Assembly (NCBI GenBank): GCA_963668625.2
Contig: CAXXKA010000006.1
Span: 352,001 to 416,000, forward strand
DNA from: an uncultured candidate division Zixibacteria bacterium
Lineage (GTDB): Bacteria > Zixibacteria > MSB-5A5 > UBA10806 > 4484-95
Direction of reading: 5' to 3'
Length of the DNA stretch: 64,000 nt
Below are positions 61,403 through 64,000 of the stretch, one piece after another. Under the pieces are notes generated by a model. The model made no database searches and was not told the DNA's origin. It saw nothing but the letters and a program-made list of their open reading frames with translations. Numbering within the stretch: the stretch's first letter is position 1; every line of letters begins with the position of its first letter. The position numbers were made by a program, and so were the translations under genes.

Positions 61403-64000
61403 TTATTTCAATAAAGTCATCTCTTGTATCTCAGTGTATTCACCGGCGGCAATCTTATAGAAATACACACCGGAGGAAACATCCGAGGCATCCCAAACAA
61501 CCGAGTGCATACCCGTTCCAAGATGCTCGTTAACCAGTGTAGCTACTTTCTGGCCGAGCATGTTGTAAACCGTAAGCTCGACATCAGCAGGCTCCGGTAA
61601 CGCGAACTCGATCGAGGTCTTGGCGTTGAATGGATTCGGATAGTTCTGCGACAGGGCATAAGATTCCGGCAATACGGCCTGATCTTCTATGCCGGTAACG
61701 ACATCCAGAGTAACCGGGACGTCCATATCGGGCATCTGATGGTTGACATCATAGCAGCCGATAGACAAATTACCCTGATAAATGCCTATATCGAGATCGG
61801 AGGCATCCATCATGACATCAACAGTTACCGAGCCGCCGGCAGGTACAACACCCGAAGGCGGATTAACCGACAGCCAGCTACCCATAAACATGATCGCCAG
61901 GTCATTATGTACATAAGCCTGATCGAAAGCTACCTGTAAGCCAACATCGCCGGCGCCATTCTGAATACCAATCGTACAGTATTCGAGCGGATCATTAAGA
62001 TCAAGGTACTGGAATTTAATCTTGCCGTTAGGGTAAAGGATTACCTGGAATGTTTCGGGGCCGACACCATGATCCCAATCGTATGCAGGAACATCAACCC
62101 AAGAAATAACGGTCATATCGTCATCCGTATAGAATGTAATGATACCACTCGTTGAAGGATTCAAGTCCTCCCAGAACGGCGCAATCAGATTAAGCGGCCC
62201 ATCAGGATTGGGAAGCTCAGTGTTCGTATAAGCGGTAAGGCCGCTGGAAAATGATATGAAACCATTAGAACAGATATTCACGGTATTGAATACCTCGCCG
62301 TAGAACGGGAATCCAAACGCCAACCCGAACGGACCCTGGTTATCATCATCACCGAATGGATACTGTTCATGGCTACTGGGATCTATCCAGTTGAATTCCG
62401 GTCCGTTTGGCTCATCCGAATCAATCCACTTGTATCCGAAGGCATCAGGGCCGCCGGAATCAAGCAGCAATGGCGGATTGTAATCGCTGACCTGGAATGT
62501 TTTCTCACCCTCATATTTCGTCGAGGAGAACGCAGCCTGGCTGCTGTATGGATTGTAGGGTGTTTCACCCTGGACGTATACATTATCGTTGGTGGTGCAA
62601 CTGATGTCGAAATAAACATCCAAACCACCGCTATTGGCTAGTTCGAGTTCTACCGAGCCCGCCTGACCGAGAGGACAGTTGAACGTAATGTCATCAGGAT
62701 CGACTGATAACTCACCCGGGGCAGCCGGTATGCCCATAGCCTCGTTAGAGGGGCCAGATTCGATCTCATCATCATACATGGCCGTTGCGACATAGTAATA
62801 GGTCGTCCCATTTTCTACGCCGTAATCGTCATACGAGGTTTCCTCGAGATCAGAGGCAATCAAATTATCAGGGGTAACTTCGACATTCGGCGCGGTGCTT
62901 CTATACAGGTTATAACCTGAAAGCTCCTGGGTGTCGAGAATTACATCATCCATGGTAGGATTGTTACCGGAAAGGGTAAGGGCTACTCCCGAAGACCTGA
63001 TGCTTGCGCGAATCATTCTGTCGCCATCATACAGGCTTTCGTTTGTCCATACTCCGCCATTTCTGACCCAGTGATACTGTGGATAATCTGAGACAGCATC
63101 CAGGCCTAGACCATCATAAGGGTCGGCATCGTTTACATTGTTGAAAGCTACCCAGAACATGTCGGTATTACAGACAATCGGGGGATCGATAGCTATGGCA
63201 ATATCCATACCTAATTCAGCAGTAGCCGTGAACTCACCTAGCATATCGCCGGGTGTGCCGTCGCCGGCGTCATCAAAGATTTTCAACTGAACAGGTTCAT
63301 GGGTGCCGTCGGGCCATGGCCAGTACTCATCACCTTGGGTAAGGACATGCACGAAAACGCTGCAAATCTGTACCGGGGCAACAGCCACGAACGCGTTAGC
63401 GATCAGATTATCGGACGCGTAATAATAGAACGCGTTGCCGAGTACGCCATCATCGTACTGCAAAAGCTCGCATGGCGGCAGGCCTGGCTCGAACCAGGAT
63501 AACGGAACGACGCCGTCCTGATCGTCGGTAGCGCTTAATCCTGAAGGCGGCAATATCTCCGGTTGGGCATTGAAATCCGCCGTTATTACGTCGTTACCAG
63601 GTACATCATCTCCGGAAAGCATAGCAGTGGCGGTTAAAATGTAATCGCCGGCTTCGGCCGGAGTAAATTCGGCAAACGTAACATCAGCCGTTTCACCGAA
63701 CTCCAGATCTTCTACCGATCCGGATTCCTCGTATACGTTCGAACCGTCGTATTCGATAACGAGGCTGACGTCGAAAGTAGCTGTCATCGAGCCGTAGTTA
63801 GCGAAAGTCACGATCGGAGTTTCCGGTTGACCTTGCTGACCGTTTGATCCGGGTTGCACGAATGCAACGGCGGCAGCATCGTATAATGGCGGTTCTCCGA
63901 TATTCACCGAATAATCCTCGGTCTCGCCATAGGTTGTAGAATGGTTGCCTTGTCCATCACAAGCGCCATCATCACCGGGATCCGTATTATACTGTTCAAT
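61403..64000 (-). CDS. Large secreted multidomain protein (GEVED-like, Ig/CARDB-like, Fn3-like and GGPDxxGY domains, T9SS-type CTD); 5' end outside the window
   Basis: Frame open to the window edge with TYGETEDYSVNI; YNLYRS..YYYVATA Fn3-like; LSQNYPNPFNA CTD. Confidence 0.8.
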   Translation of the reverse strand: MEQYNTDPGDDGACDGQGNHSTTYGETEDYSVNIGEPPLYDAAAVAFVQPGSNGQQGQPETPIVTFANYGSMTATFDVSLVIEYDGSNVYEESGSVEDLEFGETADVTFAEFTPAEAGDYILTATAMLSGDDVPGNDVITADFNAQPEILPPSGLSATDDQDGVVPLSWFEPGLPPCELLQYDDGVLGNAFYYYASDNLIANAFVAVAPVQICSVFVHVLTQGDEYWPWPDGTHEPVQLKIFDDAGDGTPGDMLGEFTATAELGMDIAIAIDPPIVCNTDMFWVAFNNVNDADPYDGLGLDAVSDYPQYHWVRNGGVWTNESLYDGDRMIRASIRSSGVALTLSGNNPTMDDVILDTQELSGYNLYRSTAPNVEVTPDNLIASDLEETSYDDYGVENGTTYYYVATAMYDDEIESGPSNEAMGIPAAPGELSVDPDDITFNCPLGQAGSVELELANSGGLDVYFDISCTTNDNVYVQGETPYNPYSSQAAFSSTKYEGEKTFQVSDYNPPLLLDSGGPDAFGYKWIDSDEPNGPEFNWIDPSSHEQYPFGDDDNQGPFGLAFGFPFYGEVFNTVNICSNGFISFSSGLTAYTNTELPNPDGPLNLIAPFWEDLNPSTSGIITFYTDDDMTVISWVDVPAYDWDHGVGPETFQVILYPNGKIKFQYLDLNDPLEYCTIGIQNGAGDVGLQVAFDQAYVHNDLAIMFMGSWLSVNPPSGVVPAGGSVTVDVMMDASDLDIGIYQGNLSIGCYDVNHQMPDMDVPVTLDVVTGIEDQAVLPESYALSQNYPNPFNAKTSIEFALPEPADVELTVYNMLGQKVATLVNEHLGTGMHSVVWDASDVSSGVYFYKIAAGEYTEIQEMTLLK

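Overview
Bacterial chromosomal window, inferred to be from an FCB-superphylum lineage outside Bacteroidota (Zixibacteria-like). The basis is the many secreted proteins ending in a 'YPNPFN' T9SS-type/FlgD-Ig C-terminal domain (CTD). 1-10051 holds the end of the S10 operon plus the spc/alpha ribosomal cluster (rpsQ to rplQ). 10-35 kb is mostly housekeeping: deoB-cdd-pdp, PBP1A, tyrS, frameshifted prfB, rlmN, a PhaR-phasin fusion, ABC1 kinase, hrcA-grpE, an orphan ParA, an unannotated CxxU Rdx/SelW selenoprotein, rmuC and argF. This part is interspersed with a ~140-bp structured MITE-like repeat. 35-48 kb carries CTD-bearing secreted proteases and surface proteins, an IS256 with target duplication, a PepSY pseudogene and tolQ-tolR-tonB. 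The most unusual locus is 48.3-59.2 kb: an AT-rich tandem array of units [promoter - small Cys-containing secreted protein - hairpin - BNR/Vps10-like beta-propeller] delimited by near-identical DNA copies of the CTD-coding segment. Its middle (52.7-56.3 kb) looks like a scrambled assembly consensus. The window ends with a GGDEF gene, xerD and a partial large CTD protein. No rRNA, tRNA or CRISPR array was recognised.
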